From IMG/VR virus record IMGVR_UViG_3300028045_000007, positions 64,001 to 128,000 of that record: a stretch of 64,000 nt of DNA. One strand, written 5' to 3'. Of this stretch, positions 10,824 to 21,127 are shown piece after piece. Origin of the DNA: a virus. The position numbers and the translations under genes are program-made. The notes beneath the pieces were generated by a model. It did no database searches. It saw nothing but the letters and a program-made list of their open reading frames with translations, and was not told the origin of the DNA. Within the stretch, counting starts at the first letter, position 1. Each line of letters opens with the position of its first letter.

Positions 10824-11477
10824 ATGCCTGCTGGCGACTTCCCCATAGTACGTATCTTTGAGTGGGATACAACAGAGGTAGCGTCCCCGGTCGGTGACCG
10901 TACGACGCCCGGGGGAACGTTTGCCTTCAAACAAATGGTATCGCTGGGCTGTGCGAGTGCTGACCCTCTTGACCCGGCAACATCCGGAACGCTGGTATTC
11001 CCTGGTACGCAGTTTGACCACACGTCATCGCCCTATGCTTCAGAGTTAGCGTCAACGCCCGTAGCCATCACATTCAATATCGCAGTGAGCGGTACGGCTA
11101 TTTCTGACATTAAACTATATCTCATAGATGATTCTGCTTTTCAAGCGAGTGTAGACGAGGGGCTCGATAGAGCCTTCATGCAGTATGCTCCTAGCGGATC
11201 AATTTGGAAATCGAACTTCACACTACCGTCTGGGTCTATAGAGCGTATTCCCACTACAGTACCAAGCGTACAAAACATCAGGCGTCAAGATGGTTCTAAC
11301 GCACTCGTTGGTACTGATGACACCAATTCGTCCGAATTCGTATATCTGAATATTGTGGTGCCTCTTGGGGCACCCCTGGGGACATTTGGAGTGTGTGGTT
11401 CTGGGTTATTGAGGCTTGGATTAGTTTTTAATTTTTGGAACAACGATTTTATTCTGGAGTTTGGAGATGTCGGATAA
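10824..11477 (+). CDS. virion structural protein (paralog of 9433..9993)
   Basis: GGAG RBS before ATG 10824; shared motifs with 9433..9993. Confidence 0.6.
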   Translation: MPAGDFPIVRIFEWDTTEVASPVGDRTTPGGTFAFKQMVSLGCASADPLDPATSGTLVFPGTQFDHTSSPYASELASTPVAITFNIAVSGTAISDIKLYLIDDSAFQASVDEGLDRAFMQYAPSGSIWKSNFTLPSGSIERIPTTVPSVQNIRRQDGSNALVGTDDTNSSEFVYLNIVVPLGAPLGTFGVCGSGLLRLGLVFNFWNNDFILEFGDVG

Positions 11478-12000
11478 AACCTGTACTAAGTGTCAAACCT
11501 CTAAAATATATGACGACTTCCACAGGGATCGCACCCGTAAAGATGGATACTTTCCCCAATGTAAGACATGCACGAGGCTTTATCGTCAAAGTGAACACGG
11601 GGCAAGGTTACACCGAGAAGGAAACCTACGTTTTCAACAAACACCAAAAGGTAAAGCGTGTCTTCGTAGGGCACAAAGCAAGTATCAACAGTCACCTAAA
11701 GGCAGACTGATGTATCAACAGGCGGCCAGACGACGATTAGCACGTATTGCTGATGCTGACATGTCGCTTACCGATGATGACATACGCCGTGTTCACGAGA
11801 AGTTTAATCATAAATGCTTCAATTGCGGCAATACAGAACGTCTAGAGATTGATCACCATTATCCTTTGTCTATGGGATTTGGCCTTACTGAAGACAACGC
11901 AGTGCTGTTGTGTAGGTCTTGCAATGCGTCCAAAGGAAACAGGATGCCAGAGGATTTTTACCCCGAAGAGAAACTTAGAGTGCTGGTTAGTGTAATATAA
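11467..12000 (+). CDS. free-standing HNH homing endonuclease
   Basis: N-terminal CTKC...CKTC; C-terminal CFNC...LEIDHHYP...N...LCRSCNASK HNH motif. Confidence 0.9.
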   Translation: MSDKTCTKCQTSKIYDDFHRDRTRKDGYFPQCKTCTRLYRQSEHGARLHREGNLRFQQTPKGKACLRRAQSKYQQSPKGRLMYQQAARRRLARIADADMSLTDDDIRRVHEKFNHKCFNCGNTERLEIDHHYPLSMGFGLTEDNAVLLCRSCNASKGNRMPEDFYPEEKLRVLVSVI

Positions 12001-12003
12001 CGT
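11987..12003 (+). promoter_or_regulatory. putative phage late promoter TTAGTGTAATATAACGT
   Basis: 16/17 identical to 23158..23174; both precede untranslated leaders. Confidence 0.55.
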
Positions 12004-12052
12004 GAGACCTATTAGGTCTTTCGAACGTTCGATAACCGTTAGGAGGTAAGCT

Positions 12053-12238
12053 ATGGCAACTTTCAATGCAGCTAGTAGCACCAATAACGCCAACTCTGTC
12101 CTGTACAGCTACAGCACCCGCATGGTATGGCACACTGACCGCAAGGTTTCAGGTGCGGCCCGTGGAGCTGAAGTTCAGTCTGTTGACAACCTGGGCGTAG
12201 GTGTTGCAACTGGTGATCCGTTCACCAACATGACCTAA
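12053..12238 (+). CDS. small protein, probably highly expressed/virion
   Basis: AGGAGG RBS; upstream promoter-like motif and downstream hairpin. Confidence 0.7.
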   Translation: MATFNAASSTNNANSVLYSYSTRMVWHTDRKVSGAARGAEVQSVDNLGVGVATGDPFTNMT

Positions 12239-12259
12239 GTAAAACTAGGTTGATAATCC

Positions 12260-12292
12260 AAGGCCGGGGGTTCCTATGGAACCCCCGGCCTT
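12260..12292 (+). terminator. perfect 15-bp GC-rich hairpin (terminator or processing site)
   Basis: AAGGCCGGGGGTTCC-TAT-GGAACCCCCGGCCTT; weak U tract. Confidence 0.7.
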
Positions 12293-12303
12293 AGTGTATT
12301 TAT

Positions 12304-12807
12304 ATGCGAGGCGTAGCCGAGTGGTTTAGTCTCCGGAGCAAGGATATGGTTAAAGCTACCTTTGAACACGAGGGCAATTCTGGCCTTCTAGCGATCGTTA
12401 CACACTTCGGTCGCACAGTCGAGATCCAATGCGAGAAGCAAACGGACGAGAGTTTTCGTATGGGTGGAACGGCTGTCAACGAAGTTGTTGTATATGAGGG
12501 ACTCATCATGAAGTTCCCCACGCAGTTCCGAGCTTTCCGTACTCCAGACGACTATTTCGAGGAAACCGGCATCCTGTCAGACGAAGAATGGACAGAGGCC
12601 AACCGTCATTGCTATGTCACTGAGTACTACTCAATCGACATGGAAGGTAAGAGACCTGGCTGGTTCATCAGTCACGAGCCCATCAAAGACGCGAACTACT
12701 TGTTTGTGAATCTGGACGTGTTAGATGGCGGTGGTAACGTTATCAAGAGATATCGTGTCTCTCCTTTTACGGGCGAGTATAGAGTAATGGAGTACATAAA
12801 TGGCTGA
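12304..12807 (+). CDS. hypothetical protein
   Basis: 167 aa; no SD, preceded by TTAGTGTATTTAT. Confidence 0.6.
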   Translation: MRGVAEWFSLRSKDMVKATFEHEGNSGLLAIVTHFGRTVEIQCEKQTDESFRMGGTAVNEVVVYEGLIMKFPTQFRAFRTPDDYFEETGILSDEEWTEANRHCYVTEYYSIDMEGKRPGWFISHEPIKDANYLFVNLDVLDGGGNVIKRYRVSPFTGEYRVMEYING

Positions 12808-15800
12808 CTTGATCAATGATGGTTCGTTGGTAGGTTTCTGGCCCCTACTAGAGCCAAGTGGAGCGTTTGTTTACAAGAATTACTCACCCGCGTATGGTAA
12901 GCACCCGAGTGGTATTTCGTTTGATATGCACGTTGCCGTTGCAGACCTTCAATACGATGAAGAGCATAGTTCATATTGGCCCGGTGGTACAGAATTTACC
13001 AATATTTCGTCTGGCAACTTGATACGCGGGTATTGCGTCCAGGGACACTGGAAACTAAAAAGCACTGGATCTCCGCCACTGTCTAAATATTTGACGCTTG
13101 GGTGTGGGGGTAAAACACAAGTACAGCAATGTCTGGCTCCCGCAGTTGCCCAGAGCGGCTTTACTGTTGGTGCTTGGCTGTACCCAAACTCTCAGGGATT
13201 TTTGGAGGCATATACTGAGTCTGCCAGCATTGGCAGTGCGGCTAATGATTGGAATACAATGAACGCTCGTGCCCACACTATGTTGGGGCAGTTCAGAGCA
13301 TATACCGGCAATTCCGGTTGGCTGATGGGTATTTCTGGTAATCCAGCTCGTAGCACTCAGTTCAATTTTGAACCCGAAGCTGGCGATACTTTGCAGGCGT
13401 TTGTTTCTATGGAGAAGGCAAATGCTGCGGTGAGTACTGGGTTTTTGGAGACCCCCATTGAATCCGGTTGCTATACGCATATTGCTTTTAGTTATCGCTA
13501 TGTAGATGGCACCAACAATGAGATCGTACTATATAAAAATGGTCGTGTCACCGCCAGTGGAACCACCACTGACGATTTGACGTTGGATAATACCAATCTA
13601 ACGGGTGCTAGCAATCATCGCCCCTTTGCTATTGGTGCCACCGATTCAGAAACCGCAACGAACTACACTCCGTATTATTACAGGACTGGTGGATGGGGCA
13701 ATCTCATGTCTGGTGTCTACTATTTCCGTCGCGTGTTGCATGAAGGGGAGCTGCAAGAAATGCATGAACGTGGCGGACTTGTCGCCCATGATTCTGCTCT
13801 TGCACCCTCACAAGAAGTACTTCTCTCCGATCCAGACCTAGTAGCGTACCACACATTTACAGAGCCGGGCTTCGGTGACATTTCTAACAATCATAGTCCA
13901 CTCGTAGGCGTTCATGATATGGGCTATAGGGGGGCAGGAAAGCTACAAGTACCCGGTCCATATGGCGAAGGTATGACATATGGCGATGGAGCAAGTACCT
14001 ATGGATATTTGGCCGCTTCTAGTGGCACATGTCTTGATGCACTAAGTCAAGGTAGTTGGACCATTAGTTTTCTTGTAGCTCCACCTCACGCAGCCAGTCG
14101 CAGCAATAACATATTTTGTTCATGGGGCTCTGTTACAACCTCAACGTCGGCGACCGCCATGCCAGCGGCTACACCTCTCACGAATCCAACTGCTGGACTT
14201 TGTTTCAGTGTTAGTGGTGTTGCCACTAGGCAGGTTTGCATCATTGAAGTTTATTCGACTGGCGATGTTGAAGATACGGACAATATTTTAGTCTTTAGTT
14301 TAGATAGCACATTGGACTATTTCCATGGTGCCTGTACACATATTGCTCTTGCTTATGACGACAGCACCAAGGGCATTGCCGCGTATGCTGATGGCGTACA
14401 GTGCGGAAGTGGTACCTTTACGAACTCCCTCACCGATCAACTATTGTCAGTGACCAGCAAGGGCTTTCCACTTATGTGGACCAATGGCATAAAAGACGAT
14501 TTGACCACCAGCTATCGCGGCGTACATGCGACCAGTTTTCAAGACGGTGACTTGGGGTCGATTGTTGTTTGTAAGCGAGCACTGTTGCCAGCGGAGATAC
14601 GCGGCATTGCACTTAGCGGCATCAATTACACAAGTCTATATCGCACACGCCATGATCCTCGCATAGTTGGGTATTGGCCAGCAAGCGACTTTAATATTGA
14701 TGATATTTTAGTAGAAGACGAAGCACGTTGTTGGGGTGAACTAGACGGTCACTTGGTACGTGGTGACAGTGATCCCCGTAACGATCAATGGTATTTGTTC
14801 AATCGTCAAAATGATGGTACCGTGCGATACAATCAGTTTGGTAGCCGTGATTTGCCGCCCGAACTAGCAAGCTACGGTAATCTTGGTATAACGTCTGGTA
14901 CATTTTCTCCACGCGGTGCCGGGGGAGGCACAGTAAATCTTGCTGACGCCGTAGACAATCGATCATCTATTACTAACTTGACTTCAAGATATAAGCCATA
15001 TTTTGAAGAAAGCGATGACATGCCACAAAATGTTGGTGCTGATTATTTGTTGTCATACGAAGTCACTCCGAGTGGAGATATTCCCAAGACACTTGGTGCT
15101 TATGCTAGTACTCTTACTGCACCAATGCATAACTCTCTCTTGCATGAGTATGCTTATGATGGTAACAAAGATCAACGTTCATTCTTAACAACCGAGCTTG
15201 CAGAGCAGGGGTCTGGCGTAACATTGGTGTGGGTTGGATATTCGGACGTGCCGCTAGTATCTGGCAATCTCGCATATGGAGTACCCAGTCGTGTAGTACT
15301 CCATACACGATTCACATTACCTCAAAACGTTGATGGATTTTCTGCTGGTACCACACCTCTCGATATCAGTTTATGGATCAATGGCGAACTGATACAGCGT
15401 CGCCCCTCAACTTCAATCGATGCTAAGATATGGAGCGACCAAGCCCCTGATGGTTCTGCCGATGCAGACATATTGCATTTTGGTGGCATTGCTGGCAAAC
15501 CATCCTATATTTCTTTGTATACCACGTCTGATTCTGGACTAGGAGAAATCTATCTTCGTAACATGTTCATTATGAAGGGGATCTTCTTAAGCGGCGAGGT
15601 TGAAGCTTTAGCAGCTAGTGGCATTCAATCCCCCGCGATTGGTGGATTTACAGATTCTCAGTCAAAAACCCAAGTAACAATTGCTGACTCGAATTTAGTC
15701 GGATACTATAGATTCAATGGATTCGCGGGTGGTGGATCTGGCACGACAGACTTAAGTTCCAATGGTAATCATTTGTTTGGAGCCCAACAAAGCCTCGTTG

Positions 15801-17749
15801 AAAACGGTGAAGGAACATTGAGTCGGGGTGCATTCGATTTACATGTCTTCCCTGGGCCTCGCGAGTCGTCCGATCTTGGGGTGCAGTGCAGTGGTTTTAC
15901 ATATGCAAGCCAAGAGCCGCCCGCTACTGCTGGTGGTCTCATGCCTCCCTTTATGATGTCTGGTGTTCGTTTCGAAAAACCACGAGAAGATTTTTCTATT
16001 GGTTTCTTGTATATCAAAAAGAATGCGACCGCTACTGAATTTGATACTATTATTGCTTATGGCATGGTCCCGGCTGCCATAACTGACGAAACCAACGACA
16101 ATGATAGAGGTTGGGCGATTGGTATGGACTCCAGTGACAACATGCGACTAGTGATGTCGCTTGCACATACAGATGATGGTACCGGCGAAGGTAGTATGTA
16201 TCTCAATACTACTAGTAGACCGATATGTTCCGGCCAAACACTCTGTGGTATGTTCGAAGCTGCCCAATGGTATGATGACGAACGCGATTTTGATCGATAT
16301 CGCCATGGTACACAACGTGTACCGAGACCAGATTTTTGGAGTCATTATTGCTGGACGTATAGTGCGGCCGCAAAAAAACTATCGTGTTATGTGAATGGGG
16401 CTTTGGTTGATCAGAAAGTGCTGAGTTATGGCATATATCCACAAACTCCCAATGATCCAAAAGCTAGGTATCTCACAATGTACCAACACACGCGAGACCC
16501 TTGGGTACAGGGTGATGATATAACTAATGATCACGAAGGCTCCATGACCGATCTTTGTTATTTCGACAAGACACTAACACAAGAAGAGATTAGATACATC
16601 GCATTGAACGGCATCGACAGTGCCGTTGGCACCCCCGTGAGCGGACTAACTGGCGGCTATGTTCGCGGACAAGATACTGGTTCTGGCCTTATGGGTGGTA
16701 TGTCACGAGGAGTTGGACCTGTTTCCGGATTGTTTGGTGGATATATGCCGGGCGGTGCAGTGGCAAGCGGTTTGTTCGGTGGCTTTGTATCTGGCGTTGT
16801 CTTTGGTGATGGCACCATCGGTGGCTTCGTGCGTGGCCTAGACACCGTTTCTGGTATTGTTGCCGGTTATATTCGTGGCGTTGATGTTGGCTCCGGAATG
16901 ATCGCTGGCTACATTCGTGGCCAGGAAGTTGGTTCCGGACTATTTGGTGGCCTTGTTCTCGGTGCCCAACCCGTCAGTGGCCTGTTTGGTGGCTTTATTA
17001 GGGCGGCAGACGTAGGTAGCGGACTACTCGGCGGGTTTATGCTTGGTGGTCTAGCTGGTAACATGCATTTTGATGCTGGATTTAATCTTAGTGTATTGGC
17101 TGCGGAAGATTTTGATGCACGGCTTGAGGTTGCCAAAACAATGTCAGCCGACTTTGATGCCAAGCTTATTATCTTCCAAAATGAGCAGCCTCCCCTTGTA
17201 GAGATTCTGATTCCTGGCACGACCGTGACGGGCTTGTCAGGACCATTCAATCAGTATTTGATTGGTAGTGCGTCCGGACAACAGGGCAAGGCTATCACAC
17301 AAACCAAGTGGCATTTTGGAGATTTCTCGCCACCCGAAAGCGTTAGCGTTAGTGGCATTAGTTACTATCCGATACAGCATAATTTCGTTAACGATGGCTA
17401 TTATATTGTGCGATTTGAAGCCATAGATTCTGATGGGCTGCACGCTTCAGCGACAAGGATTTTAAACGCTACAAATGGTGCTGACCCAGTAGTCATTAGT
17501 ATGTCTGGCGTACCACGTTCTGGTAATGCGGGATTAGAGGTGGACTTTGTTACTAACGTCGATATTCTACCACCGAGCGTTACTATTTTGTCACAACTGT
17601 TGCATTTTGACGACGGACAAACTACAATGGCTTTCCATCCAACGCACGTGTACACCGAACCAGGAACATACAAACCGATTTGGTGTGTACGGGATTCACG
17701 AGGTATGATTTGGTGCGATAGCCTTGAGGCGGGCAGTGATGTCCTTTAG
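12800..17749 (+). CDS. large virion protein: four LamG/concanavalin-A-like modules, Gly-rich 14-aa repeats, C-terminal PKD-like domains
   Basis: Modules begin LVGFWPL / LVAYHTF / IVGYWP / LVGYYRF; LamG-like THIAFSY..LYKNG, SHYCWTY..CYVNG; PKD-like WHFGD and HFDDG..HVYTEPGTY. Confidence 0.75.
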   Translation: MADLINDGSLVGFWPLLEPSGAFVYKNYSPAYGKHPSGISFDMHVAVADLQYDEEHSSYWPGGTEFTNISSGNLIRGYCVQGHWKLKSTGSPPLSKYLTLGCGGKTQVQQCLAPAVAQSGFTVGAWLYPNSQGFLEAYTESASIGSAANDWNTMNARAHTMLGQFRAYTGNSGWLMGISGNPARSTQFNFEPEAGDTLQAFVSMEKANAAVSTGFLETPIESGCYTHIAFSYRYVDGTNNEIVLYKNGRVTASGTTTDDLTLDNTNLTGASNHRPFAIGATDSETATNYTPYYYRTGGWGNLMSGVYYFRRVLHEGELQEMHERGGLVAHDSALAPSQEVLLSDPDLVAYHTFTEPGFGDISNNHSPLVGVHDMGYRGAGKLQVPGPYGEGMTYGDGASTYGYLAASSGTCLDALSQGSWTISFLVAPPHAASRSNNIFCSWGSVTTSTSATAMPAATPLTNPTAGLCFSVSGVATRQVCIIEVYSTGDVEDTDNILVFSLDSTLDYFHGACTHIALAYDDSTKGIAAYADGVQCGSGTFTNSLTDQLLSVTSKGFPLMWTNGIKDDLTTSYRGVHATSFQDGDLGSIVVCKRALLPAEIRGIALSGINYTSLYRTRHDPRIVGYWPASDFNIDDILVEDEARCWGELDGHLVRGDSDPRNDQWYLFNRQNDGTVRYNQFGSRDLPPELASYGNLGITSGTFSPRGAGGGTVNLADAVDNRSSITNLTSRYKPYFEESDDMPQNVGADYLLSYEVTPSGDIPKTLGAYASTLTAPMHNSLLHEYAYDGNKDQRSFLTTELAEQGSGVTLVWVGYSDVPLVSGNLAYGVPSRVVLHTRFTLPQNVDGFSAGTTPLDISLWINGELIQRRPSTSIDAKIWSDQAPDGSADADILHFGGIAGKPSYISLYTTSDSGLGEIYLRNMFIMKGIFLSGEVEALAASGIQSPAIGGFTDSQSKTQVTIADSNLVGYYRFNGFAGGGSGTTDLSSNGNHLFGAQQSLVENGEGTLSRGAFDLHVFPGPRESSDLGVQCSGFTYASQEPPATAGGLMPPFMMSGVRFEKPREDFSIGFLYIKKNATATEFDTIIAYGMVPAAITDETNDNDRGWAIGMDSSDNMRLVMSLAHTDDGTGEGSMYLNTTSRPICSGQTLCGMFEAAQWYDDERDFDRYRHGTQRVPRPDFWSHYCWTYSAAAKKLSCYVNGALVDQKVLSYGIYPQTPNDPKARYLTMYQHTRDPWVQGDDITNDHEGSMTDLCYFDKTLTQEEIRYIALNGIDSAVGTPVSGLTGGYVRGQDTGSGLMGGMSRGVGPVSGLFGGYMPGGAVASGLFGGFVSGVVFGDGTIGGFVRGLDTVSGIVAGYIRGVDVGSGMIAGYIRGQEVGSGLFGGLVLGAQPVSGLFGGFIRAADVGSGLLGGFMLGGLAGNMHFDAGFNLSVLAAEDFDARLEVAKTMSADFDAKLIIFQNEQPPLVEILIPGTTVTGLSGPFNQYLIGSASGQQGKAITQTKWHFGDFSPPESVSVSGISYYPIQHNFVNDGYYIVRFEAIDSDGLHASATRILNATNGADPVVISMSGVPRSGNAGLEVDFVTNVDILPPSVTILSQLLHFDDGQTTMAFHPTHVYTEPGTYKPIWCVRDSRGMIWCDSLEAGSDVL
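16628..17047 (+). repeat. ten tandem 14-aa (42-bp) coding repeats xxxxSG-hydrophobic-x-GG-aromatic-xxG
   Basis: GTPVSGLTGGYVRG, QDTGSGLMGGMSRG, VGPVSGLFGGYMPG ... ADVGSGLLGGFMLG. Confidence 0.85.
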
Positions 17750-17758
17750 GAGTAAGTC

Positions 17759-20700
17759 ATGAGTATCATTGTATCAGACGGCATTGTTGTTAGTGGCGTA
17801 GGAGTACCTCTAAATGGTATTCCGTGGCCATCAGGTCAGTTTGACTACAGGGAACCGGGCTCACAACTGAGTGCGTTCTTGTCGTCGGTCAATGCAACGT
17901 TTGGGTTTGGCATGACGCCACACTCATGTCAGACCGAATGGGTGCCATATGGTAATGCCGGTGACTTTCACGGGGCCTCTGGTCAGTTAGCCAATATTGG
18001 AAGCCCCCTTGAAATATTTGTTGGGGATTTCTTCTTTCGTGGAAAAATTACGCATTCAGACTATACTAGTAGTGCTGGCGGCACAGTGGTCAGCGTTACC
18101 ATCGAAGACGACAGACGAACGCTCCGTAAAGCGAAGATCCACACCGAAGACCTTGGCGAAGACGCACCTAGCGGCGTGATTTCTGTAGCACGTGCATATC
18201 GTCTACTGAATGGACTACTAGATGTTGATGGCGACCCGAATGATGTCAATATTAAGGAGTATAGACGCATCCTTCAGTACGGTGGTACATACAGTCAAAT
18301 CCTTGCAGCCATTGATTATCATTTCATCGAGGGGCTGTGTGCCGTATCAGTATATGAGTTGCCGACCGTTGAGCAGCTTGAAACCAATATTGGGGGCACA
18401 ATTGAGTCGATCCGTTTTCAGTTCAATCTAACCAATCTTGATGAGGCACTGTCTCGCATCCTACTAGACACTGGCTATGACTGGTACTGGAATATGGATG
18501 CCCAACACGTTAATCTCATCAATAAGAAAGCCACGTTTGACATTACTGAGGCGGCCATCCTTGATCTTGTGTCCGAGTTTGGCAGTGCTAGTGGACTCAA
18601 CGAGACTAAGCAATTAGGGTACGGACAGGACGTTGTTCCGGACCCCACACGATTCCGAGTTCTCGGCGGACACCAAGAGGGGTTTGTCAACTCTCATATT
18701 TTAAGTCCCATTGATGGTATTGACACATTTGGTTTAGATGGATACGCTAGTAGGACTGTCAAAGATTCTGATGTACAAATTGTATTCACGCCCGCATGGT
18801 CTAATTTAACTGTTGGCTTTTTTGACAACGGCGGCTATTATCGTACGTATATCCCCACAGAGAAGGAACTTCAATTAGCGTTAGCCGGTATTGAACAGTG
18901 GACTTATTTTAAGGTCTATCAAACCTCGTCTCTCGGTGCTGATCCTGCTGGATATGGCTTACCAAGCGACGCGGGACACGTTGCAGCACAGCATGCTACA
19001 TTCCAGAGTCGTCTTGATCCGGTTATGCCCCTGGCTGCTATGGGGGCCGGTAGCGAGTCTTCTGGTATTCGCATTATTAGCAACCGTCGCGACGAAGACC
19101 AGAACTGGGTGCTTAACTTCTACAGTCGTATTCGTGATCATGCAACACGTCACTATGGTCGTTCATACGTGGCGGAAAACCTACTGTTTACTGAGGCGTC
19201 TGGCCTCTTTAGACTTGTTAGTGCTGCGTGGGCCAACATCGAGAATCAAGTTGATGGGCACGCCCTGTCGGCATCTGGCGTCTCTGGTTCTGGCGTTTAC
19301 ATTGACGACTATACGATTAATCGAGATCTTGGACCTATCAGTCCATTTATTTCGGATGACTTTCGTGTTCAAGCCCACTGTCGTATGCCAGCCGGTACGG
19401 TGTATGGCCCACAGGGAGACAGTAATCCAGCGAGCTTTGGCAATTGGACCGAAGATGCTCCTCCATTCAACCCAACGGGCGATGGCGATCATTATATTCC
19501 GGTGCAACTTACCATTGTTGGTAATCGTGTTATCAACCCCCGCAGTAACGAATTATACTCTTTTGAGGCATATCCCGAGGGAACCATCTGGTGTCAGCTA
19601 CCTATTAATGCTGGACCATCTGACGGCATGGTAAATGATAATGTCATCTCTCAACTGTCAACTTTGGTTTCTACTAATATCAAGCTGGATTCCGAGGGTC
19701 TAACAGATATCATTAATCCGGCCAGAGTATTGAATGTTTACAATTCGCTGTCTGGCGTAGCTATTCCCGTTGAGGCACGTAGTCGTTATGGACAGTCATA
19801 TCCGAATCAGTGGGTGCTTGGAGACATGCACTATGAACGGGACGAGGACATTCAGTTAGACGACCAGTTTGTACCGTGGGCATTCTCTCCGGTTGGCAAC
19901 CAGTCATCTCTACAGATTATGGCCGACAGGGCCGTGCGTCGCGTTGAGGGTAAAATTGTCCCGAAAAGCTCGTCGCGATATGCAGACTTCCAGCAAGTTG
20001 GTTTGCCTCTACTGTCATTTGATGCGTTTGCACAACAGGACATTGGTCCGTCTGGTCTTTATGGTGAGATCAGTCATGGTGTTAGTGAACTGAATATTTC
20101 ATTTGGTGCCGAAGGCTTTACTAGTCGCTATAAGATTCAATCTTACTTCCCCAAGTTTGGTCGCGAAGCACCGCTTGGTGAGCGTGTGCGTGCTGTCGTG
20201 AATGGAATCTTGAATCCAATTGACTTCACTGATCTTTCGCTTTTGGATCCTAATCCTGGTGGTCCAACCAATCCAATGTTGCCTGGAGATCCCTATGTAC
20301 CGCCGCTGTTCTTCGATAGCGAAGAGCGAGCGGTACGTGTTACGATCACAGAGACTAACAATGTGTTTACACTCGATAGTACGCCGGGCGACGAAGAGGA
20401 CGAACGATACCGAGGCATAGATAGACATGGCTATACAAAGCCACCCCGTTATTTTGGTTCGACTAAGCCAGATTTTGCTGATGGTGCAATCTGTATTGAT
20501 GGTTTCTTAAACATCACCGACGAAGCCATGTATCATACGGATGAGTTCCGTCTTCCTGGTGGCAATACTGTTTTAAGATACTTTACTGAAGGGCGTCCTT
20601 TTGGCAATGGTACTATTGTAGAGGTTGAGCGTGCGAACGTGGCCGATCCCACAACATATGATGTCACTATTGTTGATCCAACGGCACTGGCGGGTGGTAC

Positions 20701-21124
20701 CGAACGTGCCGTATTTGGCGTTGAAGTACTCAATGGTTCTGTGACCCTGGGTGACAAGACGACATTGGCGGTTCAGGGAGACGCACCCGTATCTCCCGGT
20801 GCAAATGATGGGACTATTTTTATTAATGGCACCATTAATGATACTGCCGGTGTAATTCCGGTTGAAATTATCAACGTAGGGTTGCTAGGAACGGAAGATG
20901 CCGTTGCTACGTGCAGACTACTTGATTATGCTGGAAATATTTTACCAGACGCTTCCGGCGTTCATTACCACAGTGTTGTACCGCTCCCCTTTAGGCAATT
21001 TGCTGCTCCTGGTGATCGTGGATATCTTGCTACGTTAGCGGTGCCGAGTGGTGAATATGGACAAACCGCAATGGTTAGCTTTATAGAGATTGTGAAGCCT
21101 GCACTCTTCAGATATAACGGATAA
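17759..21124 (+). CDS. large virion protein (baseplate hub/central tail-like by position)
   Basis: 1121 aa, AGGAG RBS, in the structural operon. Confidence 0.6.
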   Translation: MSIIVSDGIVVSGVGVPLNGIPWPSGQFDYREPGSQLSAFLSSVNATFGFGMTPHSCQTEWVPYGNAGDFHGASGQLANIGSPLEIFVGDFFFRGKITHSDYTSSAGGTVVSVTIEDDRRTLRKAKIHTEDLGEDAPSGVISVARAYRLLNGLLDVDGDPNDVNIKEYRRILQYGGTYSQILAAIDYHFIEGLCAVSVYELPTVEQLETNIGGTIESIRFQFNLTNLDEALSRILLDTGYDWYWNMDAQHVNLINKKATFDITEAAILDLVSEFGSASGLNETKQLGYGQDVVPDPTRFRVLGGHQEGFVNSHILSPIDGIDTFGLDGYASRTVKDSDVQIVFTPAWSNLTVGFFDNGGYYRTYIPTEKELQLALAGIEQWTYFKVYQTSSLGADPAGYGLPSDAGHVAAQHATFQSRLDPVMPLAAMGAGSESSGIRIISNRRDEDQNWVLNFYSRIRDHATRHYGRSYVAENLLFTEASGLFRLVSAAWANIENQVDGHALSASGVSGSGVYIDDYTINRDLGPISPFISDDFRVQAHCRMPAGTVYGPQGDSNPASFGNWTEDAPPFNPTGDGDHYIPVQLTIVGNRVINPRSNELYSFEAYPEGTIWCQLPINAGPSDGMVNDNVISQLSTLVSTNIKLDSEGLTDIINPARVLNVYNSLSGVAIPVEARSRYGQSYPNQWVLGDMHYERDEDIQLDDQFVPWAFSPVGNQSSLQIMADRAVRRVEGKIVPKSSSRYADFQQVGLPLLSFDAFAQQDIGPSGLYGEISHGVSELNISFGAEGFTSRYKIQSYFPKFGREAPLGERVRAVVNGILNPIDFTDLSLLDPNPGGPTNPMLPGDPYVPPLFFDSEERAVRVTITETNNVFTLDSTPGDEEDERYRGIDRHGYTKPPRYFGSTKPDFADGAICIDGFLNITDEAMYHTDEFRLPGGNTVLRYFTEGRPFGNGTIVEVERANVADPTTYDVTIVDPTALAGGTERAVFGVEVLNGSVTLGDKTTLAVQGDAPVSPGANDGTIFINGTINDTAGVIPVEIINVGLLGTEDAVATCRLLDYAGNILPDASGVHYHSVVPLPFRQFAAPGDRGYLATLAVPSGEYGQTAMVSFIEIVKPALFRYNG

Positions 21125-21127
21125 AAT

